A stretch of DNA of 63,298 nt, filler included, from Folioceros fuciformis (GCA_049999805.1; 17 parts of 17 records of this genome joined end to end with filler, not necessarily neighbours in it); one strand, 5' to 3'; positions 12,467 to 26,508 are shown, numbered from the whole stretch's first letter. A program made the numbers and translations. Notes: generated by a model not told the origin, from the letters alone.

Positions 12467-15400
12467 GCCAAGGGGAGCCTATGGCACACCCCTGCCGTGA
12501 CACCACCGGCCGCCGGAGATAGGCAGAGGGTGCTGGCGCGCCCTACCCGGCCGGCAAATGCAGACCCAACAGGCGGGCTCGGACCCGGTCGCTGGGCTCA
12601 AATCCGATTGATGGGACCCGAACGTCGGGCGAGGACCCATACGAGGCGAAGACCGGGCCGGACGAGAGGACGCTGATTGCAGACACTAGAAGGTGTCTCG
12701 GTTGCCAGAGAGCGGGCGCTGGATTACGAGTGCCAGAGCACCGACATCGAGGGCGAAGATGGGAGCTAGTTAGGATCCCGGCCATGAGGCGGAATCGGAT
12801 CTCAACGGAGGATTTAGGCCCGACGTGTTGGCCTAAATTGTGGACAGACAAATCGGAACGAGGGTAACAAAATCTACATTACATTCCGACAATTTCTAAC
12901 TAGCATTTTGCTTGTTTTGCATTGATTTTGAAATATGACGTCCTCAGAAAACGTCATGTTCAATATCAAGAAGTTAGATGGTACTAACTTCCCGTTCTGG
13001 AAAGAACAAGTGTATAATGTTCTAGTATAGAAGAAGCAGAACAAGCCTATCAAGCTGCTAGGAGTGAAACCTGTTAGCATGACTCATGACGAGTGGCAGG
13101 ATCTAGATGAGCTTGCTAGGTCTACCATCATGCTAACATTGTCGAAGTCGGTCTACTTCAACGTGAAAGACAAGACCACAAGTTACGAGCTATAGCAGAA
13201 GTTGTGTGACCTATACGAGAAGCAAAGTGCGGCTTCTTAGGTGTACTGGTTGAAACAGCTGGTGGACTTGAAGATGAAGGAAGGGACGAGGATGTCCGAT
13301 CATTTGAATGAGTTCAATACTATTTTCAGCCAGCTCTCATCCCAAGGTATCCCATTCCCAGATTCCGTGAGAGCTATGTTTTCGTTGGTCACATTATCAG
13401 AGAGTTGGGACACTTTTCGTACAGCTCTGAGTAATTCCGCTCCTGCCAGTGGTCTTACCGTTGTAAATGTAGAAGGTAGCCTGTTAACAGAGGAGGTGAA
13501 CACGAAGAATATAGAACCTTCGAAAGGTTCCAATGCCCTCATGGTGAGAGGAAGGTCCACTTCAAAAAGGAAGTACAAGGAGCGAAGTCTTTCCCGTAGT
13601 AAGTCTTGTAGTCGTAACAATGTTGAGTGTTACCATTGTCACAAGAAGGGTCACATCAGGAGGGATTGTGAGAAGTTCAAGAAGGACAAAGGAAAGGAGA
13701 AGAAGCAGAGCGACAACAAGGCAAGTCCGAGTTTCAAGTGTGACGAGGTGAACTCTATTGATAATAGAGATGTTCTTACCTCTTCTTCCTTCGATTCTGC
13801 ACAACTGACAACCATAGAGAGTCACTTATTCTCTAATTGGATAATTGACTCTAGAGCATCTTTCCATGTTACTCCGCATAGGGAATGGTTTGGCACTTAT
13901 GATGCTACTAGGAAAGGATGTATTCGGCTTGGAAATAACTACGCATGTGAGATTGCGGGCGTTAGTGATGTGCAGCTGAAGTTCGATAATGGATCTTCAT
14001 TCGTACTAAAGGATGTCAGGCATGTTTCGAACTTGACCAAAAGCATGATTTGTGTAGGGCAGTTGGATGACGCTGGCTACCACTATTGGTTTGGAGATCG
14101 TTCTTGGAAGATCTCCAAAGGTTCTCTTATGTTAGCTCGTGGATCGAAGTGCGGCACTTTGTACCCACTTTAGGTAACCACTGTCAAGGATCATGTGATT
14201 TGTGTAACGGAACAGCCAAGTGTTTCCTTATGGCATAGTCGGTTATGACATATGTCTCAAAAAGGAATGAAGATCTTATCTCATTTTGGTTACGTTTCTG
14301 CTTTTGACTTCTTCGATTTCTCTGTGTGTGAGCACTGTTTGTATGGGAAACAGACGAAATCACCAAATGGAGCAAGAGGTAAACACAGAAGTAAACCCCT
14401 TGAATTGGTTCATAGTGACGTTTGTGGACCTATGCCCACTATATCGTTAGGCGGTGCATCTTATTTTTTCACTTTCATAGATGATTTCTCACGCAAGGTG
14501 TGGGTTTATCCTTTGAGGAAAAAGGATCATGTTCTGACAGTGTTTCAAAAATTCGTCACCCTTTTGGAGAATCAGTCTGGCCTGCGACTGTAGTGTCTAA
14601 GGATAGACAATGGGGGAGAGTATATTTTGAAGTCTTTCCAGTCATTCTGTGATTCCAAGGGAATCAAGAGAGAATGGACTGCGCCGTATACTCCTCCCCA
14701 TAATGGTGTGGCTGAACGGAGGAACAGGACCATCCAAGAGAGGATGCATAGTTTGTTGTCAAACTCTGGATTGCCTAACGGATTTTGGGCAGAAGCAGTG
14801 GTTACTGCAATGCATCTTATTTACAGATCTCCTAATAAGGCTGTGGATGAACAGGTTCTGGAGGAGATGTGGTTTGGAAAGAAGCCGTCATACAAGCATC
14901 TACGAGTGTTTGGCTGCGAGGCATACTACCATGTTCTGAAGGAGTTTCGGGACAAGTTGGCTCCTAAGTCAAGAAAATGTATTTTTCTTGGCTATGGTGA
15001 ATTTGGTGAGATGGGATACCGTCTGTCGGATCCAGAGGCCAAGAGGATGGTTCGCAACAATAACGTGTTCTTCAATGAGACCAAGATGCACAAGAAGCCT
15101 ACTCCAAATGTGGAGGTGCGATGGGTGGTCTTCCAAGAAGATGGACTTGACCGTCCCGCGCAGGTTGAACGTCATGATGTGCTGGAACAAGTTTCTCCAC
15201 TTGTAGAAGAGGAGAGAATGTAACTAGCTCCGGTTGAGGCGCAAATGCTTCGTAGGTTAGGAAGGATCTCACGTCCTCCTGATAGGTATGTTGCATCTCT
15301 TGATTATGTCATGCTGACGGATTGTGGGGAGCCCTCTTGTTATCAAGAGGCCATGTCAATGACTGATAAGGACAAGTGGGAGAAGGCGATGCAGTCACAG

Positions 15401-16943
15401 ATGAATTCGCTCCAGAAGAACCAAACCTGGGAGTTGGTTTGGTTGCCTAGGGGCAAGAAGGCGTTGCCATGCAAATGGGTGTATAAGATGAAGGACATAC
15501 CCCATTATGGCAAACCCTAGTACAAGGTACGATTGGTTGCTAAGGGTTTTAAGCAACAGCAAGGTATTGACTTTGATGAGATTTTCTCACCAGTTGTCAA
15601 AATGACCACCTTGCGATGTGTTCTTGGTCTAGTTGCGAGGAACGACATGGAACTTGTCCAGATGGATGTGAAGTCGGCATTTCTGCATGGTGATCTCCAA
15701 GAAGAGGTATACATGTAGCAACCAGAGGGTTTTATTGAGAAGGGCAAAGAGAGTCTAGTGTGCAGGTTAAAGAAGAGCCTTTATGGTTTGAAACAGGCAT
15801 CCAGGGAGTGGTATTACAAGTTCCACTCATTTATGCTTTCACAAGGCTACAAGCATAGCGATGAGGATCATTGCCTCTATACGAAGCAAGCTAAGGATGG
15901 AAGCTTGCTCATTCTGGTCCTCTATGTGGATGATATGCTAATTGCTGTGACTAACAATGATGAGATTTCAGCGTTGAAGTCAAAGTTGAATGCTCGCTTT
16001 GACATGATAGACTTGGGAGAGGCAAGTCATATTCTTGGCATGCGTATTCATCGAGATAGACAGAAGCGTTTTCTTTACTTGTCTCAAACTGAATACATTA
16101 ACAAGGTGCTTCAACGTTTCAATATGGAGAAGGGGAAGGTATTGAGTACTCCGTTGCCTCCATATGTGAAACTGTCGAGCAAGGATTGCCCAAGTTCTGT
16201 GAAGGACAAAGTTGAAATGGAGAAGGTTCCATACTCATCAATTGTAGGGAGTTTGATGTATGCAATGATTGCTACACGTCCTGACATTGCCTTTGCAGTG
16301 GGAGTGGTTAGCAGGTTTATGTCAAACCTTGGTAGGAAGCATTGGGAGGCAGTGAAAGGAGTTATGAGGTACTTGAATGGTACGAAAGCTTTGTGCTTAT
16401 GTTTTGGTGGTGAAGATGCATCTGTAGTGGGATATACGGATGCTGATTATGTAGGGAATATGGACAAAAGGAGGTCCACATCAACTTATGTCTTCATGTG
16501 CACTGGAGGGGCAGTCTCATGGCGATCTCGTTTGCAATCGTGCATAACACTATCTACCGCAGAGGTCGAGTATGTTGCAGCGACTGAGGCTTGCAAGGAA
16601 GCCTTGTGGCTTTGCTCGTTTAGTGGGAGATTTGGGTATCAAGGTTGAGCTGCCAGTGTTGCATTGTGATAGCCAGAGTGCAATCCAATTGGCAAAGAAT
16701 CCACTATTTCATGCTAAGACCAAACATGTGGAAGTGAAGTATCACTTCATTCGGGAGGTGTTGGAAGACAAGAGGGTACAGCTTGCCAAAGTTCACACCA
16801 ATCAGAACCCTGCAGATGTTCTTACCAAGGGGCTCTCTACGGAGCATAGTGAGACTCATTGTGAGAGTGTGACCTCTCTTTCTCCTCTCTTCCTTGCCTC
16901 CTCCTCTCCTCCTTCACCATGTAGCTCCTCTAGTGGTCCTACA
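12467..16943 (+). mobile_element. Near-complete Copia (Tnt1/Tork-like) element: gag-pol ~12935-16846 with many stops and one frameshift; only the 3' part of the 3' LTR remains
   Basis: [62 protein letters not shown]; ends ...CCTACA at 16943. Confidence 0.97.
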
Positions 16944-17570
16944 CATCCTCGAGCTATGACTGTTTGAAGGAGAATCCAACATAGATATCATACATGAAGT
17001 TCCTTCAAAAGTGATCCTATACATGCCAGTCTTGCTAAGTGCCATGGCGTTGACCAAGTTTATAGCCAACTATGGTACATGCAAGGTATTCTCTAGCCTC
17101 AAAGGGAACAAAAGATGGGTCAATGCTAGGAAAGGCTACAACGTCCAAATCTTCTTCTAACGCAACCATATCATTTGAAATTGATTCCAAAACTAGAAAA
17201 TCGAATGAAGAGGAAGCATCCAAAGCAACATTTTGCAAGACTGGGCATTCATCAAAAGCAACCATCCGAGCATGAATCACTTTGTGGGAGATGGGTTCAA
17301 ACAGCTTCTACCCATAAATACCATCTGTGTACCCAATAAAAACATATCTTTTGGATTTGTAATGAAATTTTTGCCTTAGTGTGTCAGGAACATGAGCAGG
17401 TGCAACGCTGCAAAAAACTCGAAGGTGACCAAGATCAGGTTTGGTGCCTATCCACGCTTCAAAAGGAGTAACTCCACGAAGGGATGAAACAGCAGCCTTA
17501 TTGTGTAAATATGTTGCAACCTTGACAACTTTAGCCCAGAAATGGATTGGCAGCCTCACGTGAAACAATA
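16944..17570 (-). mobile_element. Older Copia integrase C-terminal/SH3 fragment
   Basis: LPIHFWAKVV...TPFEAWIGTKPDLGHLRVF...FIGY. Confidence 0.85.
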
Positions 17571-17574
17571 AGTC

Positions 17575-17915
17575 CCGTAATCCACAATCCCGTTATCGAT
17601 AAGGTACTTAATTAGTTTCGTAATCCGCTATTATCTAGTTACCAAATATCCGTTACTTACTGCTATTCGAACCGGCAGAATGTCCTGTCCGTTATGTTAG
17701 CTAGACTAGTTATCGGGTAACCACCCACTAGGCAAGTAATCAGGTAAGAACCTATAACTAGAAATGGTTAGTAGCTGGGGCAGCCTTCTTAGCCATAACC
17801 CCACACATGTATAAGAGAGGGCAGTTGCCCTTGAATCAGCAAGCAATCTTATGCATACTTCCAACCCAATCTGTCGTGTCTGCAAAATCCAGGTTGTAGC
17901 ATTTGGTATCAGAGC
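17575..17915 (+). mobile_element. Partial LTR and tRNA-iMet PBS (TGGTATCAGAGC at 17904-17915)
   Basis: Canonical PBS just after ...GTAGCA. Confidence 0.75.
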
Positions 17916-18484
17916 GAGTTCCGATCCACAAGCTGCTAGGGACTATGGCTACCAAGTCCCCAGCAAAGAGAAGCTAGCGGAGATGAGTGAAATCGTACCT
18001 CTGGTGGAATTGGAGAAGACGATCTCCAACGGGAGCGACGAAGGTGAATCCTTGTTGGGCATTGGAGGTCGGGCGAGAAGGAGGGCGGGGGCGGAACGCC
18101 GACTCCAAGACAGATACAGCACCTAGGCAGCGCGACAAACCCCAAAAACACAGCAATTCCGTGGCACCCCAATCGCAGAAGAGGATAGCACGTGAAGTAG
18201 GCGAAGACGCTGTGGGCCAACCGCCTCCAGATCGCGATCGAGTGGGAGGAATTTACCCGGCTGCAACACAAGACGACTGGACGGAAAGAAACGAGGTCAG
18301 TCAATGGCGGGATTGGGAAAACCGCACCGCAAAGGTTGAGCGTACGAATAAATAAATAATATAGAATATATTAAATAATAAAATGATAAAATAATGGTTT
18401 GAACATAAGAACGGAAATATGTGGGGTATGTTAGTATCAGGGGTTAGGGTCTGATGTCAGGCTGGCTGATTGCTTGGCTGGCCT

Positions 18485-18855
18485 TGTAGGATCACTAGAG
18501 GAGCATGGTGGAGGAGAGGAGAAGAGGAGGCAGAGAGGAGAGGAGAAAAAGAGGTCACATTGAGAGTAGTTGGCAAGGGAGCTCAAGGGGGTATTTATAC
18601 CCTCTAGAAGAGCTCCCTAGGAAGCTTCACAAGAAGCTTACAGGAAGCTGCGCAAGAAGCTTCCTACAGATTAGCTTAAGCTAATCTAAACTAATAATAC
18701 TTAACCAAACACTAATATTAGACTAAACACATTAGTCTAAGCACATTAACTAGACACTAATCTTAGACTAAACACATTAGTCTAAGCACATTAACTAGAC
18801 ACTAATCTTAGACTAAAACATTAGCCTAAGCACATTGGGCTTTAATAACCCTACA
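18485..18855 (-). mobile_element. 3' LTR (371 bp) of the second Copia copy, with an internal ~45-bp x3 tandem repeat
   Basis: TGTAGG...CCTACA termini, upstream PPT AAGTGGGAGG, TATAAATA box. Confidence 0.92.
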
Positions 18856-18897
18856 ACCTCCCACTTAAAGGCCAATTTACCTTCATAAGAGAGTGGT

Positions 18898-20363
18898 CTA
18901 GCTCATGCCCATGAGTGTCTGAGCTTGTGCGAATTGCTCCGTAGAGAGCCCCTTGGTAAGAACATCTGCAGGGTTCTGACTGGTGTGAACTTTGACAAGC
19001 TGTACCCTCTTGTCTTCCAACACCTCTCGAATGAAGTGATACTTCACTTCCACATGTTTGGTCTTCGCATGAAACACTGGATTCTTCGCCAACTGCATAG
19101 CACTCTGGCTATCACAATGCAACACTGGCAGCTCACCTTGATCCCCAAATCTCCCACTAAACGAGCAAGCCACATGGCTTCCTTGCAAGCCTCAATCGCT
19201 GCAACATACTCGGCCTCTGTGGTAGATAGCGTTATGCACGATTGCAAACGAAATCGCCATGAGACTGCCTCTCTAGTGCACATGAAGACATAACCTGATG
19301 TGGACCTCCTTTTGTCCATATCCCCTGCATAATCAGCATCCGTATATCCCACTACAGATGCATCTTCACTACCAAAACATAAGCACAAAGCTTTTGTACC
19401 ATTCAAATACCTCATAACTCCTTTCACTGCCTCCCAATGCTTCCTGCCAGGGTTTGACATGAACCTGCTAACCACTCCCACTGCAAAAGCAATGTCAGGA
19501 CGTGTAGCAATCATTGCATACATCAAACTCCCTACAGCTGATGAGTATGGAACCTTCTCCATTTTAGCTTTATCCTCCGCAGAACTTGGGCAATCCTTGC
19601 TCGAAAGTTTCACATATGGAGGCAATGGAGTACTTAAGACCTTCCCCTTCTCCATATTGAAACGTTGAAGCACCTTGTTAATGTATTCTGTCTGAGACAA
19701 GTACATCAAACGCTTCTGTCTGTCTCGACGGATACGCATGCCAAGAATATGGCTTGCCTCCCCCAAGTCTGTCATGTCTAAGCGACCATTCAACTTTGAC
19801 TGCAACGCTGAAATCTCATCACTGTTAGTCCCAGCAATTAGCATACCATCCACATAGAGGACTAGAATGAGCAAGCTTCCATCCTTAGCTTGCTTCGTAT
19901 AGAGGCAATGATCCATATCGCTACGCTTGTAGCCTTGAGAAAGCATAAATGAGTGGAACTTGAAATACCACTCCCTGGGTGCCTGCTTCAAACCATAAAG
20001 GCTCTTCTTTAACTTGCACACCAGATTCTCTTTGCCCTTCTCCATGAAACCCTCTGGTTGCTGCATGTATACCTCTTCCTGGAGATCACCATGTAGAAAT
20101 GCCGACTTCACATCCATCTGGACAAGTTCCATGTCGTTCCTCGCAACCAGACCAAGAACACATCTCAAGGTAATCATTTTGACAACTGGTGAGAAAATCT
20201 CATCAAAGTTAATACCTTGCTATTGCTTAAAACCTTTAGCAACCAATCGTGCCTTGTACTTGGGTTTGCCATAATGGGGTATGTCCTTCATCTTATACAC
20301 CCATTTGCATGGCAACGCCTTCTTGCCCTTAGGCAACCGAACCAACTCCCAAGTTTGGTTCTT
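18898..20363 (-). mobile_element. Copia RT-RNase H; second copy of the 12467-16943 family
   Basis: Near-identical translation; YVDD changed to YVDG; one frameshift. Confidence 0.97.
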
Positions 20364-20463
20364 NNNNNNNNNNNNNNNNNNNNNNNNNNNNNNNNNNNNN
20401 NNNNNNNTTAATTAATTAANNNNNNNNNNNNNNNNNNNNNNNNNNNNNNNNNNNNNNNNNNNN

Positions 20464-21136
20464 TCCCGCCCCCCGGGAAGTCCACCCAGCTGCCATTCAC
20501 CCGCAACCAATTCTGCCCGCCCTTCTCCCTCACCAGCTTCGTGTGGTTCACGTTGGCTAGATACACATGATCCCTGCTCTCCGGCCATCGCACCGGGACC
20601 CGATACCCTGCCGGAGGCGGCACCAGGCAGAAGGGCCGCGTCTCAGCCCCCTCGCAGTGCCGCTCGAACGCACCTTCCGCTGTCACATTGCCTGTCACAT
20701 TCAGGCTCTGGGTGTAGGCCGGGTCGTAGCAGGGGACGTAGTCGGAGAAGGAGACCGGGCAGACATTCATCACCTTGTCCGGGGTGCCCAGGAGCGTGTC
20801 CGGCCTCTTAGCCAGGCCGATGGTGTTGGGCAGCCAGGAAGAGGACAGGTCTTCCTGCTGCCCAGACCGCTGCTGCCAGCCGCTGCCGCCCCCCTCCCCG
20901 CCCTTGGTCCACAGTGTGCCCAGGTAGAAGGAGACAGCGAGGAGGAGAGACGCCAGCAGCACCACCTTCCCCGGTGACATGTCGTGGAGGTGCGCCATCA
21001 GCCTGCCAACCCCAGCTGTCCCATCTTCCAGACCCTTGGTAAGGGCAGAGCGCCAGTCCCTGGTGCTGCTCTCTCGTTGCCGCCCCACAAGCTCCTCACC
21101 CTCCACGAGCTCCTCCCTCTCACGTTCACGATCCAT
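20464..21136 (-). CDS. Probable SAM-dependent methyltransferase of the PMT/QUA family (Methyltransf_29), 5' part
   Basis: TM anchor, CP..FSDYVPC, FERHC, CLVPPPAGY..PVRWPESRD, KGGQNW, FPGGG. Confidence 0.93.
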
Positions 21137-21504
21137 CGCGGCTCCTGGATCGGACCAGCTATAGCCACAGCTCGCCAGACGACGGCAGAATCGAGTAGCA
21201 CTACATCGCTGGCCCCCACGATCGCAAATGCGTGCACACAAAGCCCCACGGCCTGTGGTTCCCCGATCGTGCAATGCCCACGCGCATTTCCTTCCGGTCC
21301 CTGACTCCTACACTTGCCAGAGGAGTCAAAGGCACGTTTCTTTCGTCTTCCCTTTCAGTTTGAAAGACGGGGACATGTAAAGTGGCCTGTAATTATCAGA
21401 GACCAAGCAGGCTACTAGAAACGTAAATGTGTTACTGTGGCTGTCTGCCACTGAACGGATCCCATTCCAGCGTCAGACCAGCAGAGATCTCGAGAAAATG
21501 GAAC

Positions 21505-22820
21505 CTACGCTACCAACGCTACTATCACAGTGACGTCATCTTCCTTGCCCCCTTGGAGGGGTATGCCTAGTGCCCGAGCTCCGGCTGAGAAAGGGCTTTC
21601 TCCACTTTTGGACTTCGACGCCTGCTGAGCCAAGGTGGCTAAGTGCTCGGCCAACTCCTGCACTCGAAGTTCATAACCCAAGTCAGTGAGTTGGTGAGAG
21701 TTAGGAGAGGGATGGAGCACAGGACTCGGCCAGCTATGACTAGGGAGGAAGGAAAGTGGCAGACAAAACGCACCATGGGTCCAGCACATTGTCTCTCCAC
21801 AAACGCCATAACCACCTCCACGATTGTGTGCTCGAAAATGTTGTCGAATAGACCATCAGTCCCTAGAATGATCACATCTCCTTTCTCCACGTCCAGGTCG
21901 TACTTCTGCACAACATTTCAGCCACAGTACCCTTTCAGCCACAGTACCATTGTCGAGAGCATGGTCTTCCCTCACTGGGATATGATGGCCTTCTCCTGTT
22001 TGAGTAGTCAGAAGAAGGGTTGGGTGACAGACTCACGTCGGGACTTTCATACTTGGCTGTGCTCAGCTGGAGAGGGTAGTTGAAGCTGTGCAGCATTGGC
22101 GTTGATCTCGCAACACACTCTCCTCTTCGGATTAGCAGAAATCCAGAGTCTCCGACATTGACAACGTGAAGTGTCTACACACAGGAACAGAAGGAACCGT
22201 CTCACTTAGACAGTTCGACTTGGTTGCCCCTCCACGATCCCGGCACCCATCAAGCAGCAACTGGGACTTGAATACACGAAGACAATGATGTTTCTTTGTT
22301 TTACCTTGTTCTGCACGGTGGCTAAAATCGCAGTACAAGAGCCTTTCGAGAGTGTTCGGCTATGTGCCCCCGCTAGTACATCGGAGGGTCTCCCATTCGA
22401 CTTCAGAGCCAGCGCAAGGGCTTTACAGTTTGCCATCAGCTCTCTGGAATAAATTCCAGCATTCACTCCTGCCACAAGCAACTCATGTCAGAACACCTGT
22501 GCAACGAGAGCCATTCCTGCTGGAAGCTGGAATGCGCAGAAAATGAAGAAGTGAGAATGTGGCACCATAGTCTGCCCAGCCACCAACACCATCCGCAACA
22601 CCGATCCAATTGGTCTCCGTGGTGAAAAAAGCATCTTCCCCGCCAGTAGCCACCTGCAGCCATTCACGGTTTACAGCTAGTTCCCCCTGCAACATGCATG
22701 AGGATGTCCAACAACATGCATCCGCGCGCAGGGAGGAAGGACCTTGTTAGCCTTCGGCAACATGGATCCTGCAGACTCAAGCTTGCAATTCCACTCGCCT
22801 CCATCCTGAACCACGACTGG
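21505..22820 (-). CDS. PTC7-type protein phosphatase 2C, multi-exon (5' end uncertain)
   Basis: [47 protein letters not shown] in exons bounded by GT-AG. Confidence 0.9.
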
Positions 22821-24146
22821 AATCCTGCACTTCATGCATGCCCATCCAGTAGCCCACCACGGAGATTCTTAACGCACAAAGCCAGAAGGCGGAGCTACAG
22901 AGTACAAACATTGCCTCCTGCGGGACATCAAGGGCGTCACACTTGGAGCCCTTGAACCCGCAAAATTCTCCTCCTACCCAGCTGCGCTACCGACAACTGG
23001 CAGCACTCTGGCCTTTACTTCTACATGGCGACATACTTGGAATTCGGTCACCTCGGCATGTCTTCGAAAAAGAGTGCGTGCCAGTCGTCATCCGCACTCA
23101 CCAAGATGGCCCGATACACCGCTCGTAGGCCTCCACGGTCGTCACCCTCCCCTTGGTGTTGAGCATCGGGGTGCAGGCCGGGCCGCCGCCGCCCACAATG
23201 TCGAATGTGGACAGGTAGTTGGCGATGGTGAGGAGCAGCCCCACCCACAGGACCATCTTTCTCCACAGGAAAGTTCCGCGGAGCTGCGCCATCAGCTTGC
23301 CGAGCCCGGCTCACCTTACTTTCAGCACTTCGCATAAACCTGATCGCTACTCCCTCCTCCAAGTCTCTTTCCCGCTCCAGTTCTTCCTTGCGCTGTTGAA
23401 AAGTATCAAATCCCAGTACACTAGCTTGGCATAAGACAGATAGCTAAGAACACTGTCTCGATCTCGCCGAATGAGGGCATAAGCCAATAGCATTGCATCG
23501 TTCACCCCCATTTCCGCACCCCGCGTGCCCACCCAGCTTTCCGAATTGTACACATCCGAGGGAACTTCCACGTTGTGAAAATCCGTCGGATCCTCCCAGA
23601 CTCGTACATTTCGATGGAGCCTTCCGGCTTCATGGTGAAATTCCGGTGTAGCCTTCTGGGTTGTCACATTCCGAAGGAGGACCCACTTCGATCGTCACTG
23701 TAAAATGCTCTCTGGGAGGAAGAACCTTCACCCCTGCCCACCTCCTGTTCCACACTCGCCGATTCCCACCGACTCACCGTGGCCTATGATTCTCTACGAC
23801 AGAATTCCGTTCCCCTGGACGCCTGGGTACGCGTCGCGGTACTGTGGTCTCGTGACAGTAAAGAGCAATGGTATTACGTGCAGGTGGAATACCACCACCA
23901 GGTGCGGATAATGGGCAGAGAAGTACGAGGAGAAAGCGAGAAGTGCGGGATGGATCTCTCCTCGACAGAACCCCGGACCCACCATGATCCAGGACAGGAA
24001 ATTGCGTTCCAGCTGTAGCCAGAGGGGATCCTCAAATCAACTTCCAGAACGAATCCAAAGAACCTAAACCTAAGACTGTGTTAGTGTGGCCGTCTAGTAC
24101 AAGAAGGATCCACGATCAGCTCCGGAGAGATGTCGGGAGATAGTGC

Positions 24147-24838
24147 CTACTTTACGTAAGAAACGACGACAGTGATGTCATCTTCTTTGCCCCCTACAAA
24201 ATTAATGCCTACCGCCCGAGCTCCGGTGGAGAACGGACTCTGACCACTTTTCGACTTGGACGCTTGTTGAGCCAAGGTGGCCAAGAAGTTGGCCACGACC
24301 TGCAGTCCACGTTCAGACCAGCCAAAGTTAGTGTGTTGGTGGAAGGAATGGGAGAGGGCCTACCTAATGTGTGACTGGGAGGAAGGAGGTTTCAGAAAAC
24401 GCACCCTGGGTCCAGCCCCTCGTCCCTCCTTGAACACCTCAACGACTTCCACGATTTGGTGCTCGAATAAATTATCGAAGAGACCATCAGTGCCTAGAAT
24501 GACCACGTCCCCTTTCTCCACGGGCAGCTCGTAATTCTGCACAGCATTTCAGCAACAATACCATAGCTTACCCACGAGCTCTGTCTCACCTCAATGAAAA
24601 AAACATTTATGCTTGAAGAAGCAGGAGGGATGGCTGGCGAGCTCACGTCGGGCCTTTCATAGTTGTCTATGCTTAGCTGGAGAGGGAAGTTGAAGCCGTA
24701 CTGCATTGGGGATGATCTCCCTACACACTTTCCACTCCGAATTAGCAGGAATCCAGAGTCTCCGACATTGGCAACGTAAAGTGTCTGCACACAGGGACGC
24801 AAGAGATAATCTTACTCACACAATGCACAGTGTGTACC
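24147..24838 (-). CDS. Second PTC7-type PP2C, tandem paralog (3' exons)
   Basis: [34 protein letters not shown]; same intron positions as the first copy. Confidence 0.9.
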
Positions 24839-25798
24839 NNNNNNNNNNNNNNNNNNNNNNNNNNNNNNNNNNNNNNNNNNNNTTAATTAATTAANNNNNN
24901 NNNNNNNNNNNNNNNNNNNNNNNNNNNNNNNNNNNNNNAATAAAGCAACTACTTTGCACGCTACTCCTAGTCTCCATCTCTGACAATAGCATCTACGCTT
25001 GGGGTTTTGCCACCACAATAGCATCTACGCATCTACGAACTGGAAGCACCACAATAGCATCTACTAACTGGAAGCATTGCAAATGATAGCTAGAGTAAGT
25101 CAATTGATCTTCTGCTCTAATTGAAAAAATAATTTGTGTAGATTAATGATTTCACCCTTTCCAATAACCATTTTCACCATGTTGGAGGAGGCTAATGGAT
25201 GACATGTCTAGGAAGTGATGTAAGCAAACAAGTACTTATAATTGACTGCTTTCAATGTGCTTTAAGTAACTTTGAATGGTCTACAAGGAATCACTAGAGA
25301 AATGTCTCATATTGGGTGTGTAAAGGGGCATGGATCACATTTGCATTGGATTGGTGTTTGCCTCTGAGCTATTGGTGCTCAATCATAGTTTCCTTGGCCA
25401 CAGTCGATAAAAAGCTAGGCAAATAATTTATGAAATCCCCTGAACCCTGTCTACCACGTGTGACCATGTTAGCATCTCCGTTGTGGGAAGTAAATTTCAA
25501 CCGGATATTTGCATGGACCTATATCATATCAAACGCCGAACATCCGAAAGCAAACACCAAGAAAGCTACAATACAATCAAGAGAATGAACAAGGGGTGAA
25601 CACCAAAGCGGTTATAAAATTGAACATAATGAATATGTAGACTCAATAACTTGATCAATATATATTAGAATATTTGTTGAAACGTGCTTTACGTAGGTAG
25701 GGCTCTAACAGCCATATCCTCAACTCGGCTCCCGATCCCCCTCCCCGGCCCTGACTCTGTATGCGACTGGACTAAAGTATGCGACTATTGCTAAAATC

Positions 25799-26062
25799 TG
25801 TTAGAAATCAAGCTCTAACTGAATTGTTATTAAGAGCATACAACACTGAGGATAGTGTAGATTATCCCACATTGAATTCGTAGTTATCTACCACCTAAGT
25901 GTTATCAGGATATACTAAGATATTGCACCCTCAAGACTAAGGCTTACCTTATCAAGGGTTGCCCCGCCTGAAGGCTATATATGAAACATCCTATGCACCA
26001 TAAGGAATGTATTGTGGAGTTCATATAAGCTAGTGGTGCTATTTCAACATGGTATAGAAGCC
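25799..26062 (+). mobile_element. 5' LTR (25799-26049) and degenerate iMet PBS of the same Copia family as 1-980
   Basis: TG...CA LTR matching 720-980, followed by TGGTATAGAAGCC. Confidence 0.92.
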
Positions 26063-26508
26063 AGAGAGAGCGCCGGCAGCCATGGTGGCTATGGCGGGGT
26101 TTGAGGCTATGGCCGTGAGCGTGAAGGTGGCTGGCAACGCAAGCCATTGAGAGGCGCAGCGGCGTAGGCTGCGTAGGAAGCCGCAATAGGCGCCTCAGGC
26201 GCAAGAGCGTGCGAGAGGGAGAGAGACTCAAGAGGAGCAGCAACTACTGGAGGCAACCAAGCCGTGGAAGCCACATCAGGCCCAGGATTTGCGAGGAAGA
26301 AGGCATGAACTTGGCAAACAGTGTTCTGTTTTTTTTGTTTTTCGAAAGCTTGAGCAAAGGTTGTTTTTGCTTAGCGAAGAGTCAGCTGCACATTCAGGAA
26401 TTGTTGAGNNNNNNNNNNNNNNNNNNNNNNNNNNNNNNNNNNNNNNNNNNNNTTAATTAATTAANNNNNNNNNNNNNNNNNNNNNNNNNNNNNNNNNNNN
26501 NNNNNNNN

